Positions 27,037-36,891 are shown, counted from the first letter of the stretch. The stretch: DNA of 64,000 bases from an uncultured Planctomycetales bacterium (GCA_964478715.1 CAYZIY010000003.1:6669-70668); one strand, 5' to 3'. The notes: generated by a model from the sequence alone, not told the origin. Numbers and translations are program-made.

Positions 27037-28113
27037 GTGGACAGTATCAAATTATTTGGAATGACAATTTCTCCCTGGATATTCTATCCTATGCTTTATC
27101 TTTTGTGGGTCACGGTCCTCCTGATTGTTAAAAAAATTGTGTTTTCGGCTGTGCAAAAAATTGCGCAAAAGACGAAAACAAAAGTCGATGACATCTTTTT
27201 GGAATCGGCAGATTTCCCGCTTCTTCTGATTATCTTTACCAGCGGTGGAGCTATCATCGAGCGGTTGCTTCCCTTGGCGACAGAGGCGGAATTAACCCGT
27301 TATTTCTTTATTGGTTTTAAAGCGGTCACAATTTTTGCGGTCATATTATTCTTTGATAAATTTATCAGCAAGCTGCTAAAAAATTATTCGGCAAAAGTAG
27401 AAATTCTCAAAACGTCCGGCGGAGTCGCTCAGGGTATGGCCCGTATTGTGGTCATCGGTTTGGGCCTGTTGATTTTGTTGGATAGCTTTGGCGTGTCGAT
27501 TACACCCATTATCGCCTCTTTAGGAATTGGGTCTTTGGCGGTAGCCCTGGCTCTTCAGCCCACCCTTGAAAATTTTTTCTCAGGGATACAGTTGGTCGCT
27601 GACAAACCGATTGTAGTCGGCCAATTTATCAAGCTGGAAAGCGGCGAGGAAGGTTATGTGCATAAAATCGGCTGGCGCTCCAGCTGGATCCGGATGCTGC
27701 CCAATAATATGGTGGTCATACCTAACAAGGTCTTGGTTAATTCCAAGATCATAAATTATTATTATCCTTCGACCGATATGGCCGTGTTAGTTCAGGTGGG
27801 AGTTCATTATCAATCCGATTTGGAGAAAGTGGAAAGAGTGACGATTGATGTAGGCAAGCAAACTATGAGGGAAGTTCAAGGCGGGGTGGCCGACTTTGAG
27901 CCTTTTATCCGCTATCATACTTTTGATTCCTCCAGTATTAATTTTACGGTGATTCTACGGGCCCAAGAGTTTGTGGATAATTATCTGGTCAAGCACGAAT
28001 TCATCAAGCGGTTGCAGAAAAGGTATGCCCAGGAAGATATCACGATTCCCTATCCGATTCGGGCTATCAATTATGAACAGGAAAAATCTTTTGAAAAACC
28101 CCCGAAAAAGTAA
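27037..28113 (+). CDS. mscS: MscS-family small-conductance mechanosensitive channel
   Basis: Three TM segments, then the conserved KPIVVGQFIKLESGEEGYVHKIGWRSSWIRMLPNNMVVIPNKVLVNSKIINY beta-domain. Confidence 0.8.
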   Translation: MDSIKLFGMTISPWIFYPMLYLLWVTVLLIVKKIVFSAVQKIAQKTKTKVDDIFLESADFPLLLIIFTSGGAIIERLLPLATEAELTRYFFIGFKAVTIFAVILFFDKFISKLLKNYSAKVEILKTSGGVAQGMARIVVIGLGLLILLDSFGVSITPIIASLGIGSLAVALALQPTLENFFSGIQLVADKPIVVGQFIKLESGEEGYVHKIGWRSSWIRMLPNNMVVIPNKVLVNSKIINYYYPSTDMAVLVQVGVHYQSDLEKVERVTIDVGKQTMREVQGGVADFEPFIRYHTFDSSSINFTVILRAQEFVDNYLVKHEFIKRLQKRYAQEDITIPYPIRAINYEQEKSFEKPPKK

Positions 28114-28128
28114 AAGGACGGTTGTCTT

Positions 28129-28422
28129 ATGTTTATGCTCGGGAATCTTTTTAGCGCTTTAGCCCACCTGGTGGATATAGCTTTAACGATTCTCTATTGG
28201 CTTATTCTCATCAGGGCTCTGATTAGCTGGGTGAATCCGGATCCGTTTAATCCGATTGTGCAATTTCTTTATCGCATGACGGAGCCGATTCTAAGCCCGA
28301 TCAGACACTTTTTGCCAATGTCATCGATTGATCTGTCTCCTTTGATTGCTTTTTTTGCAATTATGTTTTTACGATATTTTCTTGTGCAAACATTGTGGGA
28401 TTTAGGAAGGACGCTGCGATAA
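28129..28422 (+). CDS. yggT: YggT-family membrane protein
   Basis: LILIRALISWVNPDPFNPIVQFLYRMTEPILSPIR is the YGGT (Ycf19) family signature. Confidence 0.7.
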   Translation: MFMLGNLFSALAHLVDIALTILYWLILIRALISWVNPDPFNPIVQFLYRMTEPILSPIRHFLPMSSIDLSPLIAFFAIMFLRYFLVQTLWDLGRTLR

Positions 28423-28439
28423 ATTGATTTAAAAAAGGA

Positions 28440-28727
28440 GTGATGATGCTTGATAAAATGAAACAAATGATGGATATGAAAAGGAAAGCCGATGAAATCA
28501 AGCGTGAGCTGGAATCATCGGAAATGGAAATCAATAATACGGGGGCTATTAGGATCGTGATCAACGGAGCCCAAAATATTAAATCCATAAAGATTGATCA
28601 TAATTTCTATCAAGAGCAACCGGGAAAACTGGAGAAGGATCTGGTGTTGTGCACCAATGCGGCTGTTAAGAAGTCGCAGGAATTAGCTGCTCAAAAAATG
28701 AAACAGGCGGTGGGGATGCCGTTTTAA
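28440..28727 (+). CDS. ybaB: nucleoid-associated protein YbaB/EbfC
   Basis: ~95 aa. M(K/Q)QMMDMKRK... then GAIRIVINGAQNIKSIKID... and C-terminal ...VGMPF, matching the YbaB family. Confidence 0.8.
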   Translation: MMMLDKMKQMMDMKRKADEIKRELESSEMEINNTGAIRIVINGAQNIKSIKIDHNFYQEQPGKLEKDLVLCTNAAVKKSQELAAQKMKQAVGMPF

Positions 28728-28762
28728 ATTAAAGAGAACCATCAATAAATAAAGGAGGGACT

Positions 28763-28996
28763 ATGCCTTACGACAAGTCGCTGGATCAGGAGATATTTAA
28801 AGAAACAAAAGATCTAGGGGAGACCAAGATCACGGTTGGAGTTTTTTCCTATAACAATGGAGAAAAAAAGATGCAGATCTCCCGAGAAAACAAAAATAGA
28901 AATGATGAATGGCAGTTTGTCAAGCTGGGACGCCTGACTAAAGATGAGGCCCAGGAAATCATTCCTCTTATGCAGCAAGCCGTGGAAAGTATGTAA
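28763..28996 (+). CDS. small hypothetical protein (possibly a PC4/YdbC-like ssDNA-binding fold)
   Basis: 77 aa, KITVGVFSYNNGEKKMQISRENKNRNDEWQFVKLGRLTKDEA. Assigned by weak resemblance only. Confidence 0.25.
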   Translation: MPYDKSLDQEIFKETKDLGETKITVGVFSYNNGEKKMQISRENKNRNDEWQFVKLGRLTKDEAQEIIPLMQQAVESM

Positions 28997-29011
28997 ATAA
29001 AGAAACTTTTA

Positions 29012-29048
29012 AGCCCCGTTCTCAATATAAGAACGGGGCTTAATTTTT
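29012..29048 (+). terminator. rho-independent terminator
   Basis: AGCCCCGTTC-loop-GAACGGGGCT (10-bp stem) followed by TAATTTTT. Confidence 0.7.
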
Positions 29049-29049
29049 A

Positions 29050-31101
29050 ATGATGAAAAATTCCAATAATCAGAAACAGAAGTTATCTTTGATTAATTCT
29101 TTCGGTTTTCTTTGCCAGGATCGCATGGTGGTTTTTCTCTCGATTAGTTTTCTCGGGCTTCTTGTTTACTTAAGGAGCTTTTTCGTCGATTTTACTTTTG
29201 ATGATTATGGCGTTATTGTTAATAATCCTTTAATCAAAAATTTTGATTTAGAAATATTTTGGCAACATTATAAAACACGATTCTTAACCAATTTGAGTTT
29301 TGTTCTGAATTATCAAATTCACGGTCTCGATATTTTTGGATGGCATCTTTTGAATCTCATCATTCATATGGGGAATTCCTTTTGGGCCTATCTTTTGACC
29401 AATCAATTGTTAACAGTATCGGGCAAGGGGCAAAAAGGGTGTGATTGCCGGCCAAGCATCATTGCTTTCTTTGTGAGCCTGATTTTTCTACTGCATCCGA
29501 TTCAAACCCAGGCGGTGACCTATATTGTTCAGCGGGCAACACTTTTGGCCACGTTTTTTTATCTCTCAGCTGTTTATTGTTTTGTGCGTTCTTTTACGGA
29601 GAATAAATATTTATATCTTTTTATTGCTCTTTTTTGCGCACTTTTGGGTATGTTCACAAAACCTATTATCATCACACTTCCCGTTATTTTGGTTCTTTTA
29701 ACGTTTCTTTTTCCGAAAATGATCAAAGCACAAATTGCCGGAAAACGAATGATTATTTTAATCGGTTGCTTTCTACCCGTTCTTATCATTCCTCTGGGTC
29801 TTTATGGCCTTGAACGTTTAAGACATGAGATTGCCCAAGGAATGCAGGTGAGCTCTCCTTTAACCTATGCTTTAACGCAGCTTAATGTCTTATTGACTTA
29901 TCTGAGGCTTTTAATATTTCCCGTTGAACAGAATCTCGACTATGACTATCCTTTGGCGCGAAACCTTTTTGAATTTCCAACGCTTATTTCATTTGTGATA
30001 TTTTTGACCATTATTGTTTGCACGCTATTTCTGCTCAAAAGAAAAAAGCTGTTTTCTTTTGGCATTCTATGGTTTTTGATTACATTGGCTCCTCAGTCGA
30101 GTTTTTTTCCCTTAAGGGACGCTATTTTCGAGCATAGATTATACTTAAGCTCTTTTGGATTTGCTCTTTCTGCGGTCTTGATATTATTAAATTTTTTGGG
30201 TTGGAGAAAAATGACAGTTGTTATGATTGCCGTCAGTTGCCTTTTAGCTGTTCTCACTTTTCAGCGCAATGCTGTCTGGAGTGATCCGCTCTTTTTTTTA
30301 AAGGATGTCGTTAGAAAATCACCTCAGAAAGCTCGGCCTCATCATAATTTGGGATTCTTTTACGCCCAGAGAGGCAATCTTCAGGAGGCGCAAAGAGAAT
30401 TTCAAAGAGCTCTTGAGCTTGATCCGGGCAATGTCCGCTTGGCTTATAATCTGGGGATGATTTATCTAAGAGAAAATCAACTAGAAAAAGCAGAAAATTT
30501 ATTTCGCCGTTTGATTCAAGATGTTCCTGAATATCCGGATCCTTATACCGGTTTAGCGCTGACATTGAAAAGACAAGATCAATTAAAAGAAGCCATCAAA
30601 TATTTTCAGGAAGCGATTATGCGTGATCCGTTTCAAACGGCCGCTTTGATGGGTATGGGAAATATTTCTCAAGAGAATCGTGATTTTGAAAAAGCGGAAG
30701 AATATTTTAAAGAAGTTATTCAGCTGAAACCAGAAGACGCCCTGAGTTATTATAATCTGGGGAATCTTTACTATCAGAAAAAGCAGTGGTCTGAAGCCGA
30801 GGAGTTATATCTTCAAGCCCTCAAGCGTGATCCAGGTCTGGCCAGAGCATTGAATAATTTAGGACTCATTTATTTTTCTCAACATAAAAATATTAACAAG
30901 GCTAGCTATTATTTCCGACAGGCTGTCTATGCTAATCCCCTTTTAGCTGATGCTTATTTCAATTTCGCTAATTCATTGTATGCTTTAGGGCGTCCAGAAG
31001 AAGCTCATCGAATGGCCGCAACGGCAGTTAGGCTTTATCGTCAGCAAAACAAAATAAAAAGGGCAGAGACTATTGAGAAAATCTTGTCGCGGGATGGATA
31101 A
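29050..31101 (+). CDS. TMTC-like protein: N-terminal polytopic DUF1736/PMT-like GT-C domain + C-terminal TPR array (candidate polyprenol-P-sugar-dependent protein glycosyltransferase)
   Basis: ~11 TM segments with FTFDDYGVIVNNP near TM1 and LLHPIQTQAVTYIVQRATLLATFFYL. The C-terminal ~270 aa contain at least 7 TPRs (YNLGMIYL, YYNLGNLYYQ, etc.). Same architecture as eukaryotic TMTC1-4. Confidence 0.65.
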   Translation: MMKNSNNQKQKLSLINSFGFLCQDRMVVFLSISFLGLLVYLRSFFVDFTFDDYGVIVNNPLIKNFDLEIFWQHYKTRFLTNLSFVLNYQIHGLDIFGWHLLNLIIHMGNSFWAYLLTNQLLTVSGKGQKGCDCRPSIIAFFVSLIFLLHPIQTQAVTYIVQRATLLATFFYLSAVYCFVRSFTENKYLYLFIALFCALLGMFTKPIIITLPVILVLLTFLFPKMIKAQIAGKRMIILIGCFLPVLIIPLGLYGLERLRHEIAQGMQVSSPLTYALTQLNVLLTYLRLLIFPVEQNLDYDYPLARNLFEFPTLISFVIFLTIIVCTLFLLKRKKLFSFGILWFLITLAPQSSFFPLRDAIFEHRLYLSSFGFALSAVLILLNFLGWRKMTVVMIAVSCLLAVLTFQRNAVWSDPLFFLKDVVRKSPQKARPHHNLGFFYAQRGNLQEAQREFQRALELDPGNVRLAYNLGMIYLRENQLEKAENLFRRLIQDVPEYPDPYTGLALTLKRQDQLKEAIKYFQEAIMRDPFQTAALMGMGNISQENRDFEKAEEYFKEVIQLKPEDALSYYNLGNLYYQKKQWSEAEELYLQALKRDPGLARALNNLGLIYFSQHKNINKASYYFRQAVYANPLLADAYFNFANSLYALGRPEEAHRMAATAVRLYRQQNKIKRAETIEKILSRDG

Positions 31102-31171
31102 TTTCTTATGTGGGTTGATGAGAAATCAGGATTTTGTTAGAATGAAACAAAAATGAAAAAAAGGAGTCGAT

Positions 31172-31645
31172 ATGTCCGGAGATATTTATCTTTCCAAACA
31201 AGGTTTCCAGAAGCTGAACGAAGATCTTCAAAGATTGAAGACCAAAGAGCGGCAGAAGATCGCCAGAGCGCTTGAAGAAGCGCGTTTGCAGGGCGATCTG
31301 TCTGAAAACGCCGAATACGATGCCGCTAAAGAGGCCCAGGCTCATAATGAAGCCAGGATCGCAGGTCTCGAATCAAAAATCAGCAGGGCCAAGATTATTG
31401 ATAATGAAAACATCCCAAGGGATGCCGCTTATATTGGGGCTTTGGTTACTTTACTTGATCTTGAAACGGATGAAGAAATTCGTTACAGTTTGGTCTCCCA
31501 GGAGGAAGCCGATTTTGATCAGGGAAAAATTTCGATCACATCTCCTGTCGGCAAAGCGCTTTTGGGAAAGAAGCTTAATGAAGAAGTCTCCATCCAGGTT
31601 CCGGCCGGAGAGCTGAAATATAAAATCATCAAGATTGAGAGGTAG
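31172..31645 (+). CDS. greA: transcription elongation factor GreA
   Basis: MSGDIYLSKQGFQKLNEDLQRLK...DLSENAEYDAAKEAQA... coiled coil plus an FKBP-like C-terminal domain. 157 aa. Confidence 0.85.
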   Translation: MSGDIYLSKQGFQKLNEDLQRLKTKERQKIARALEEARLQGDLSENAEYDAAKEAQAHNEARIAGLESKISRAKIIDNENIPRDAAYIGALVTLLDLETDEEIRYSLVSQEEADFDQGKISITSPVGKALLGKKLNEEVSIQVPAGELKYKIIKIER

Positions 31646-31658
31646 CTGGGCTCTGCTC

Positions 31659-32993
31659 TTAGATTTTTTTTGCCAAAAAAGAGCTACTTATCCACCAGAG
31701 GACCAAGGGCAGGGCAGCGACCATGATGCGTTTCAGGGATGTTGCAAGCCACCAAAGAATATTCCAATGGGTATTAATAAAGTAAAATAGAAAAATACTC
31801 AATCCATAAAATACAAGAAAACCTGGAATTAAAAGAAGATAGTTTTTCAAGCTTCGCTTTGCGGAGATCAAAAAACCCACCGCGCAAAGAATCCAGATTC
31901 CCATCCAATTGTCATTGGTCAATTCGAAACCCACAAATGACAAAATTACTTTCAGCCGATAGAGACTGATAGGGCGGGTCTCTGAGAGCAGGCCATTTAC
32001 AAACAATTGATCACCGGGGGAATACAATAAATAAAAAATGATTGTCGGTAAGGAAGCTAGTAGAAAAGTTCCTGCAAAAATTAAGATGTTATCTATTCTC
32101 TCTTTGCGCAAGAGTTGGACAGCGAGAAAGGAAACGATAATAAAAGCAGCAATGGTTCCTTCGGATTTTGTAAAACTTAAAAGACCCAAAAAGAAAGAAG
32201 ATAAAATGAGGGATTTTTGTTGTTCGGTCACAAAGAAATGCCGGACGCAAAAGAGACTGGCCAGTAAGAAGTAGGCGATGAGAATATCCGCGTATTGAAT
32301 GGTTGCCCAGGTTAAGAAAACCGGCAGAGTGGCCAGGAAAAGGGCAGGCAAGACACTGATCAAACGCCGGCAGGATCGACGGATGCAAATCCATAAAAGA
32401 GAGCAGGTCAGAAAACTGTAAGCAACGGACGTCCACATCGGGCCGCGGAAAAGCGGTTCTCTTTGGAATATCCACGCCCACACATTTATCAAAGGTAAAA
32501 GAAGCGGATAATGAGGACGGGAATCAAGAAGGTGCGGACCGAACAGGTTGGTCCAGTAAGGGCCGGCGCGCAGGAGAAATCTCGCCTTGAAATTCCAAAC
32601 GACCCACGCATCCCAACCGCCGTAAAGATAAACACGCGCTGAAATATAAATCGGTATAAGACAAACCCCTAGCAAGGATATCGAAATGAGATCATTACGG
32701 GAGATCTGTTTTTCAGTTTTCTCAGTGATGTTTTCTGCTTTTGCCTGAATCCATCTGATGATAGAAAAGGTTATAAGCAAAATTACGTGAAGAGAAACCA
32801 GAGCTACAAAATTTATTTGATTAAAGAAAACCAGGTGAAGAAAATTGAGCCATCCGCTAATGCCAAGCCCTAGACCCATTCCTAAAAAGAGGCGTTCAAG
32901 AAAATCAAAGGGTTGCTCTTTTTCATTCAAGCAGCTGAGTACTAAAAAACCGAGCGCAAAAGAGATCACATAGGGGATTGCCAGCATCATCAT
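31659..32993 (-). CDS. polytopic (~12 TM) membrane protein, possible GT-C-fold glycosyltransferase
   Basis: 444 aa, highly hydrophobic with aromatic-rich loops. No soluble domain. Divergent from the sugar-modification operon. Confidence 0.35.
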   Translation of the reverse strand: MMMLAIPYVISFALGFLVLSCLNEKEQPFDFLERLFLGMGLGLGISGWLNFLHLVFFNQINFVALVSLHVILLITFSIIRWIQAKAENITEKTEKQISRNDLISISLLGVCLIPIYISARVYLYGGWDAWVVWNFKARFLLRAGPYWTNLFGPHLLDSRPHYPLLLPLINVWAWIFQREPLFRGPMWTSVAYSFLTCSLLWICIRRSCRRLISVLPALFLATLPVFLTWATIQYADILIAYFLLASLFCVRHFFVTEQQKSLILSSFFLGLLSFTKSEGTIAAFIIVSFLAVQLLRKERIDNILIFAGTFLLASLPTIIFYLLYSPGDQLFVNGLLSETRPISLYRLKVILSFVGFELTNDNWMGIWILCAVGFLISAKRSLKNYLLLIPGFLVFYGLSIFLFYFINTHWNILWWLATSLKRIMVAALPLVLWWISSSFLAKKI

Positions 32994-33451
32994 TATTTTT
33001 TTGCCAGAATAATTCCAAAGTTATTTATTTTGATGGCCCGAGCGTCGATTTCCTCAAGTTTTTCTTGAGCTTTCTGGTTAGATGAGAAATCCAAAAACAT
33101 ATATTCGTATTCGGTGGCTTCTTTAACCAGAACCGCCGGAGCCAGGGCGAATTGAGCCCGCAGAAAACGCTTCAGATATTTGGGCTTATTTAAATCATAA
33201 TCGGAAAGATATCCTATGTATTGTTGATCTTTGAGCTCTGTATCGAGCCCCGCGAAGCGAAGGCCCGGGAAATAAACCAGGTGCGGTTTATAGAGTTTGT
33301 GCCAGTCATTCTGTATGCGGGAGATAAAGTCAAGGAGATTAAGGAGGATTAAGACAATAAAGAGGGCAGTAAAGATTTTCCTTTGGTTTCCGATTTGTTT
33401 AAGCCAATTTAAAAAGGTGAAGAATTGCGACGTTATCTGCTTTCTGTTCAT
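32993..33451 (-). CDS. hypothetical protein with one TM segment, co-oriented and overlapping (ATGA) with the downstream membrane protein
   Basis: ORF only. Likely start MNRKQITSQFF... (the track extension to 33574 would overlap the divergent gene). Confidence 0.3.
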   Translation of the reverse strand: MNRKQITSQFFTFLNWLKQIGNQRKIFTALFIVLILLNLLDFISRIQNDWHKLYKPHLVYFPGLRFAGLDTELKDQQYIGYLSDYDLNKPKYLKRFLRAQFALAPAVLVKEATEYEYMFLDFSSNQKAQEKLEEIDARAIKINNFGIILAKK

Positions 33452-33563
33452 TCTTATTATTTTAGCACAAAGTGCGCTGAAAATGTAATTGTGAAATATC
33501 TCTTTAAAGCAGAGTCCATCATGGTTATAATACTGCCAGATTAAACAATGAAAAGATCGAAAG

Positions 33564-34586
33564 ATGTGCCACATGATTAAGATAGGAATTATCGGTTGCG
33601 GTTACTGGGGCCCGAATCATGTCCGGATATTCTCGCAACTGACTCAATCTGAAGTTGTTATGTGCGCTGATTCCAGTGTTGAAAGATTACAGTGGCTAAA
33701 AGGGCTCTATTCTCAGGTTCAAACAACGGAATATTATCAGGATATACTCAGCAATCCAGAAATCGAAGCGGTTGTTATCGCCACGCCTACCGAAACCCAT
33801 TATCAGATTTCGAAAGAAGCCCTTGAAGCCAATAAACATGTTCTTTGTGAAAAGCCTTTAAGTCTTCGCAGTCAGGAATGCCTTGATCTCGAGAAACTCG
33901 CCAAAAAAAATGAAAAAATTCTAATGGTCGGGCATATCTTTATTTTTCACCAGGGGATTCTTAAACTGAAGGAATATATCTCCCAAGGGGTGATTGGTCG
34001 CGTTCTTTATGCTCATTCCCAAAGAACCAATCTGGGACCGTTTCGCTACGATGTCAATGCTTTGTGGGATTTAGCCCCTCATGATGTGTCGATCTTCAAT
34101 TATTTGTTGGATGCGGCGCCTGTGCGCGCGTCGGCTTGCGGTCAAGAATATTTAGGCACGTCCCATGAAGATCTGGCTTTTGCCACTTTAGAGTATCCCG
34201 ATAATGTGTTAGTTAATATACACGTGAGCTGGTTGGATCCCCGGAAAGTTAGACGTCTGACTATTGTTGGAGATCAAAAAATGATGACCTGGGATGATCT
34301 TGATAATCTGGGTCCTATTAAGCTTTATGATAAGCATGTGCAGCGCACTAAAACATTTTATCAGACTTACGGAGAATTTCAGCTGCTCTCCAAAGAGGGC
34401 AGTATTACGATCCCTAATGTCAAAAATACCGAACCTTTAAAGACCCAGGCGATTTATTTTCTTGATTGCATTAATAATGGGCGGCAACCGGTACTTACCG
34501 ATGCGCAAAAAGCGCTGAGAGTCGTTAAGGCATTATCTGCCATTCAAAAATCGATACAACAAAAAGGGCAATCTGTAGATGTTTAA
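33564..34586 (+). CDS. Gfo/Idh/MocA-family NAD(P)-dependent sugar oxidoreductase (UDP-sugar dehydrogenase-like)
   Basis: N-terminal Rossmann IGIIGCGYWGPNHVRIF. EKP motif (LCEKPL). GFOR-family C-terminal domain. Confidence 0.8.
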   Translation: MCHMIKIGIIGCGYWGPNHVRIFSQLTQSEVVMCADSSVERLQWLKGLYSQVQTTEYYQDILSNPEIEAVVIATPTETHYQISKEALEANKHVLCEKPLSLRSQECLDLEKLAKKNEKILMVGHIFIFHQGILKLKEYISQGVIGRVLYAHSQRTNLGPFRYDVNALWDLAPHDVSIFNYLLDAAPVRASACGQEYLGTSHEDLAFATLEYPDNVLVNIHVSWLDPRKVRRLTIVGDQKMMTWDDLDNLGPIKLYDKHVQRTKTFYQTYGEFQLLSKEGSITIPNVKNTEPLKTQAIYFLDCINNGRQPVLTDAQKALRVVKALSAIQKSIQQKGQSVDV

Positions 34587-35159
34587 ATGGAGAAATCGAT
34601 GTCTGAGAAAGATTTTTGGCACCCTGTAGCGGTGATCGAACAAAATGCAAAAATCGGTTTCGGAACCAGGATATGGGCTTTTTCCAATATCAAAAGCGGT
34701 GCTTTTATTGGTAGCCATTGCAATATCTGTGATCATTGCTATGTCGAGGGGGGTGCTGTGATCGGTGATCGGGTAACGATCAAAAACGGAGTCAGCGTTT
34801 TTAAAGGCATCACCATAGAAGATGATGTTTTTTGCGGGACAAACGTTGTCTTTATCAACGATCGTAATCCTAGGAGCCGTAAAAAAGACTGGGTGCTGGA
34901 AAAGACAGTGGTGAAGAAGGGTGCCGCTATCGGAAGTAATGCGACGGTCCTTTGCGGTGTTACAATAGGTGAATATGCTCTCATTGGAGCCGGAAGCGTG
35001 GTGACAAGGGATGTCGCGGCGTATTCCGTTGTCGCAGGAAATCCGGCGCGTTTTAAAGGATTTGCCTGTGTCTGCGGTAAAACACTAAATGATACATTGA
35101 TCTGTTCCTGCGGCAGGATCTATAAGAAAAATGGACGAAATCTTACGCTTCAGAAGTAA
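34587..35159 (+). CDS. left-handed beta-helix (hexapeptide-repeat) sugar N/O-acetyltransferase (WbpD/NeuD-like) with a C-terminal Cys-rich tail
   Basis: Repeating [LIV]G..x..x hexapeptides (IGSHCNICDHCYVEGGAVIGDRVTIKNGVSV...). FINDRNPR motif. The tail CVCGKTLNDTLICSCGR is zinc-ribbon-like. Confidence 0.75.
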   Translation: MEKSMSEKDFWHPVAVIEQNAKIGFGTRIWAFSNIKSGAFIGSHCNICDHCYVEGGAVIGDRVTIKNGVSVFKGITIEDDVFCGTNVVFINDRNPRSRKKDWVLEKTVVKKGAAIGSNATVLCGVTIGEYALIGAGSVVTRDVAAYSVVAGNPARFKGFACVCGKTLNDTLICSCGRIYKKNGRNLTLQK

Positions 35160-35886
35160 AATTCTTATCTCACCCGTTGCTTTTAATGAATATATCAAAT
35201 TAAAAAATGTTATTAGCAGATTTTTACAATCTCCTTTTTATGGGCAAGTAGATTATCTGGTCGTCGATGACGGTTCTACAGATGAAACGCCGCAGATGAT
35301 TTGTTCTTTTGCCGATAGAGGCGTCAAGACTTTACGTCACGAAAAGCAGAGGGGCGTGGGAGCGGCCATTCGCAGCGTCATTGATTATGCTCGCGCTCAT
35401 AGTTATGACATTTTGGTAATTATGGCTGGGAATGATAAAGATAATCCCGATGAAATTGGCGATTTGATTGATCCTATCGAACAAGAGGGATTTGATCTGG
35501 TGCAGGGATCACGATATATCAAAGGAAACCGGGGAATCGGTGGTGATATGCCTTTTTATCGCAAGATAGCTACCCGCTTGCATCCGTTATTATTCTCTCT
35601 TTTTGTAGGCAAGAAAGTGACAGATTCGACTAATGGATTTCGGGCCATGCGCTTATCGCTTTTTGATGATGAGAGGATCAATATCAATCAGTCGTGGCTG
35701 GATCATTATGAACTGGAACCTTATATTCTTTTTAAAGCCATTTGTTTGGGATACCGGTATACCGAAGTTCCTGTTACTAAGATTTATCCGCCCAAGAAGC
35801 TCGGCGTGACCAAGATGCGACCGATTACCGGATGGTGGAGTATTCTCAAGCCTATTTTTTATCTGGGATTGGGAATTCGGAAATAA
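35131..35886 (+). CDS. GT2-family polyprenol-phosphate sugar synthase (DPM1/GtrB/ArnC-like)
   Basis: LVVDDGSTDETP (DXD-like). VQGSRYIKGNRGIGGDMPFYRKIATRL is the characteristic GSRY...R..S of Dol-P-Man/Und-P-sugar synthases. Only 251 aa, with no C-terminal TM. Confidence 0.6.
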   Translation: MDEILRFRSKILISPVAFNEYIKLKNVISRFLQSPFYGQVDYLVVDDGSTDETPQMICSFADRGVKTLRHEKQRGVGAAIRSVIDYARAHSYDILVIMAGNDKDNPDEIGDLIDPIEQEGFDLVQGSRYIKGNRGIGGDMPFYRKIATRLHPLLFSLFVGKKVTDSTNGFRAMRLSLFDDERININQSWLDHYELEPYILFKAICLGYRYTEVPVTKIYPPKKLGVTKMRPITGWWSILKPIFYLGLGIRK

Positions 35887-35889
35887 AGT

Positions 35890-36594
35890 ATGAAAAAATG
35901 TGTCCGTTGCCAAATTGATTACGAAGATGACAGCCGTGTTCGTTGCCTGTATTGTGATTCAAAATTGATGGACGGCCGGCTGGATCGGCTCTTTCGCAGT
36001 GCAACTGAAACACAGGTGATCAATAAGCTGATCGCTGAAGATCATAGGATCAATCATGAACGCGTGGAGCATCTGATCGGAAGTTATTTTCGCAGTAAAT
36101 CTTTTTCCTTTCTCTATGCGTTTAATCGTCAACAGTATAAAATGGGGAAGAGATTTAAGCGAATCTTTGTGCAACCATTAGATTTTTCTACAATTATCAG
36201 GCTACCATGGTTTGCCATCAATCTTTTGGATTCGATAGTTCTCCGATTATTTTTCAGAACCTATTGCCCTCAATGTGATTTCAAGTGCAAGAAATTTCTT
36301 GGGCAAACTTTTCACACTAAAGAAGAGTGTTCCTATAATCAGGAATATTCAAGGATACTTAATGAAATTATGACCGGAAGTATTATTCTCAATGAATCCC
36401 GATATAAAAGACAGATGTTCAAAAAATTGCAAGCAGGAGAACGTAGTGCCTATTTCGATCTATGTTCGAAAAAGAGGGATTTTGAAATCTTTATCGATAT
36501 GGTCGTGATTTTGATTTCTATCGCACTTATTATCTATGTGTTTATTCAGTTGATCATGCCGACGCTGGCTGTCGCTTTTGATTTTTATTGGTAA
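35890..36594 (+). CDS. hypothetical zinc-ribbon protein with a C-terminal TM anchor
   Basis: N-terminal CVRCQ...CLYCDS. Second Cys cluster CPQCDFKCKKF. C-terminal hydrophobic helix VVILISIALIIYVFIQLIM. Confidence 0.35.
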   Translation: MKKCVRCQIDYEDDSRVRCLYCDSKLMDGRLDRLFRSATETQVINKLIAEDHRINHERVEHLIGSYFRSKSFSFLYAFNRQQYKMGKRFKRIFVQPLDFSTIIRLPWFAINLLDSIVLRLFFRTYCPQCDFKCKKFLGQTFHTKEECSYNQEYSRILNEIMTGSIILNESRYKRQMFKKLQAGERSAYFDLCSKKRDFEIFIDMVVILISIALIIYVFIQLIMPTLAVAFDFYW

Positions 36595-36618
36595 AACATC
36601 AAGTAAGGAGGAAAGAAA

Positions 36619-36870
36619 ATGAGGAAAATATTGATGATCGGACTGTTGCTCGCAGTCGTCGGGTGCGCCTATACCCAGGAAGAGGTGAAAGAATTTGTGA
36701 GAGACCCGCACTATATGCAGTATCAGCAGAAATTGAATGATGTTGAACGTCTTTATCTTGATGATAAGATTTCTTATCCCGAGTACTTAAAACGCAAAGA
36801 GCAGATAGATAATCAATACACCAAAGAGGTTCAAAACAGAGAAGGGATCATTCATGGATCTACGGAATGA
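36619..36870 (+). CDS. small lipoprotein (83 aa)
   Basis: Lipobox LLLAVVGCAY. GGAGG ribosome-binding site. Confidence 0.4.
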   Translation: MRKILMIGLLLAVVGCAYTQEEVKEFVRDPHYMQYQQKLNDVERLYLDDKISYPEYLKRKEQIDNQYTKEVQNREGIIHGSTE

Positions 36871-36891
36871 TTTCTCTCGGCGATTAAAACA

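Noticed and set aside
31640-31700. Inverted repeat GCTCTTAGATTTTTTTTGCCAAAAAAGAGC between the convergent greA and membrane-protein genes as a bidirectional terminator
   Set aside because: It overlaps the 3' coding end of the minus-strand gene. The stem is only 6 bp with a long loop. This is plausible but not convincing.
32038-32481. Plus-strand 78-aa and minus-strand 130-aa ORFs
   Set aside because: They are embedded in the 444-aa polytopic membrane protein gene in an alternative frame or antisense. The compositions are Lys/Arg-rich or Cys-rich and not protein-like.
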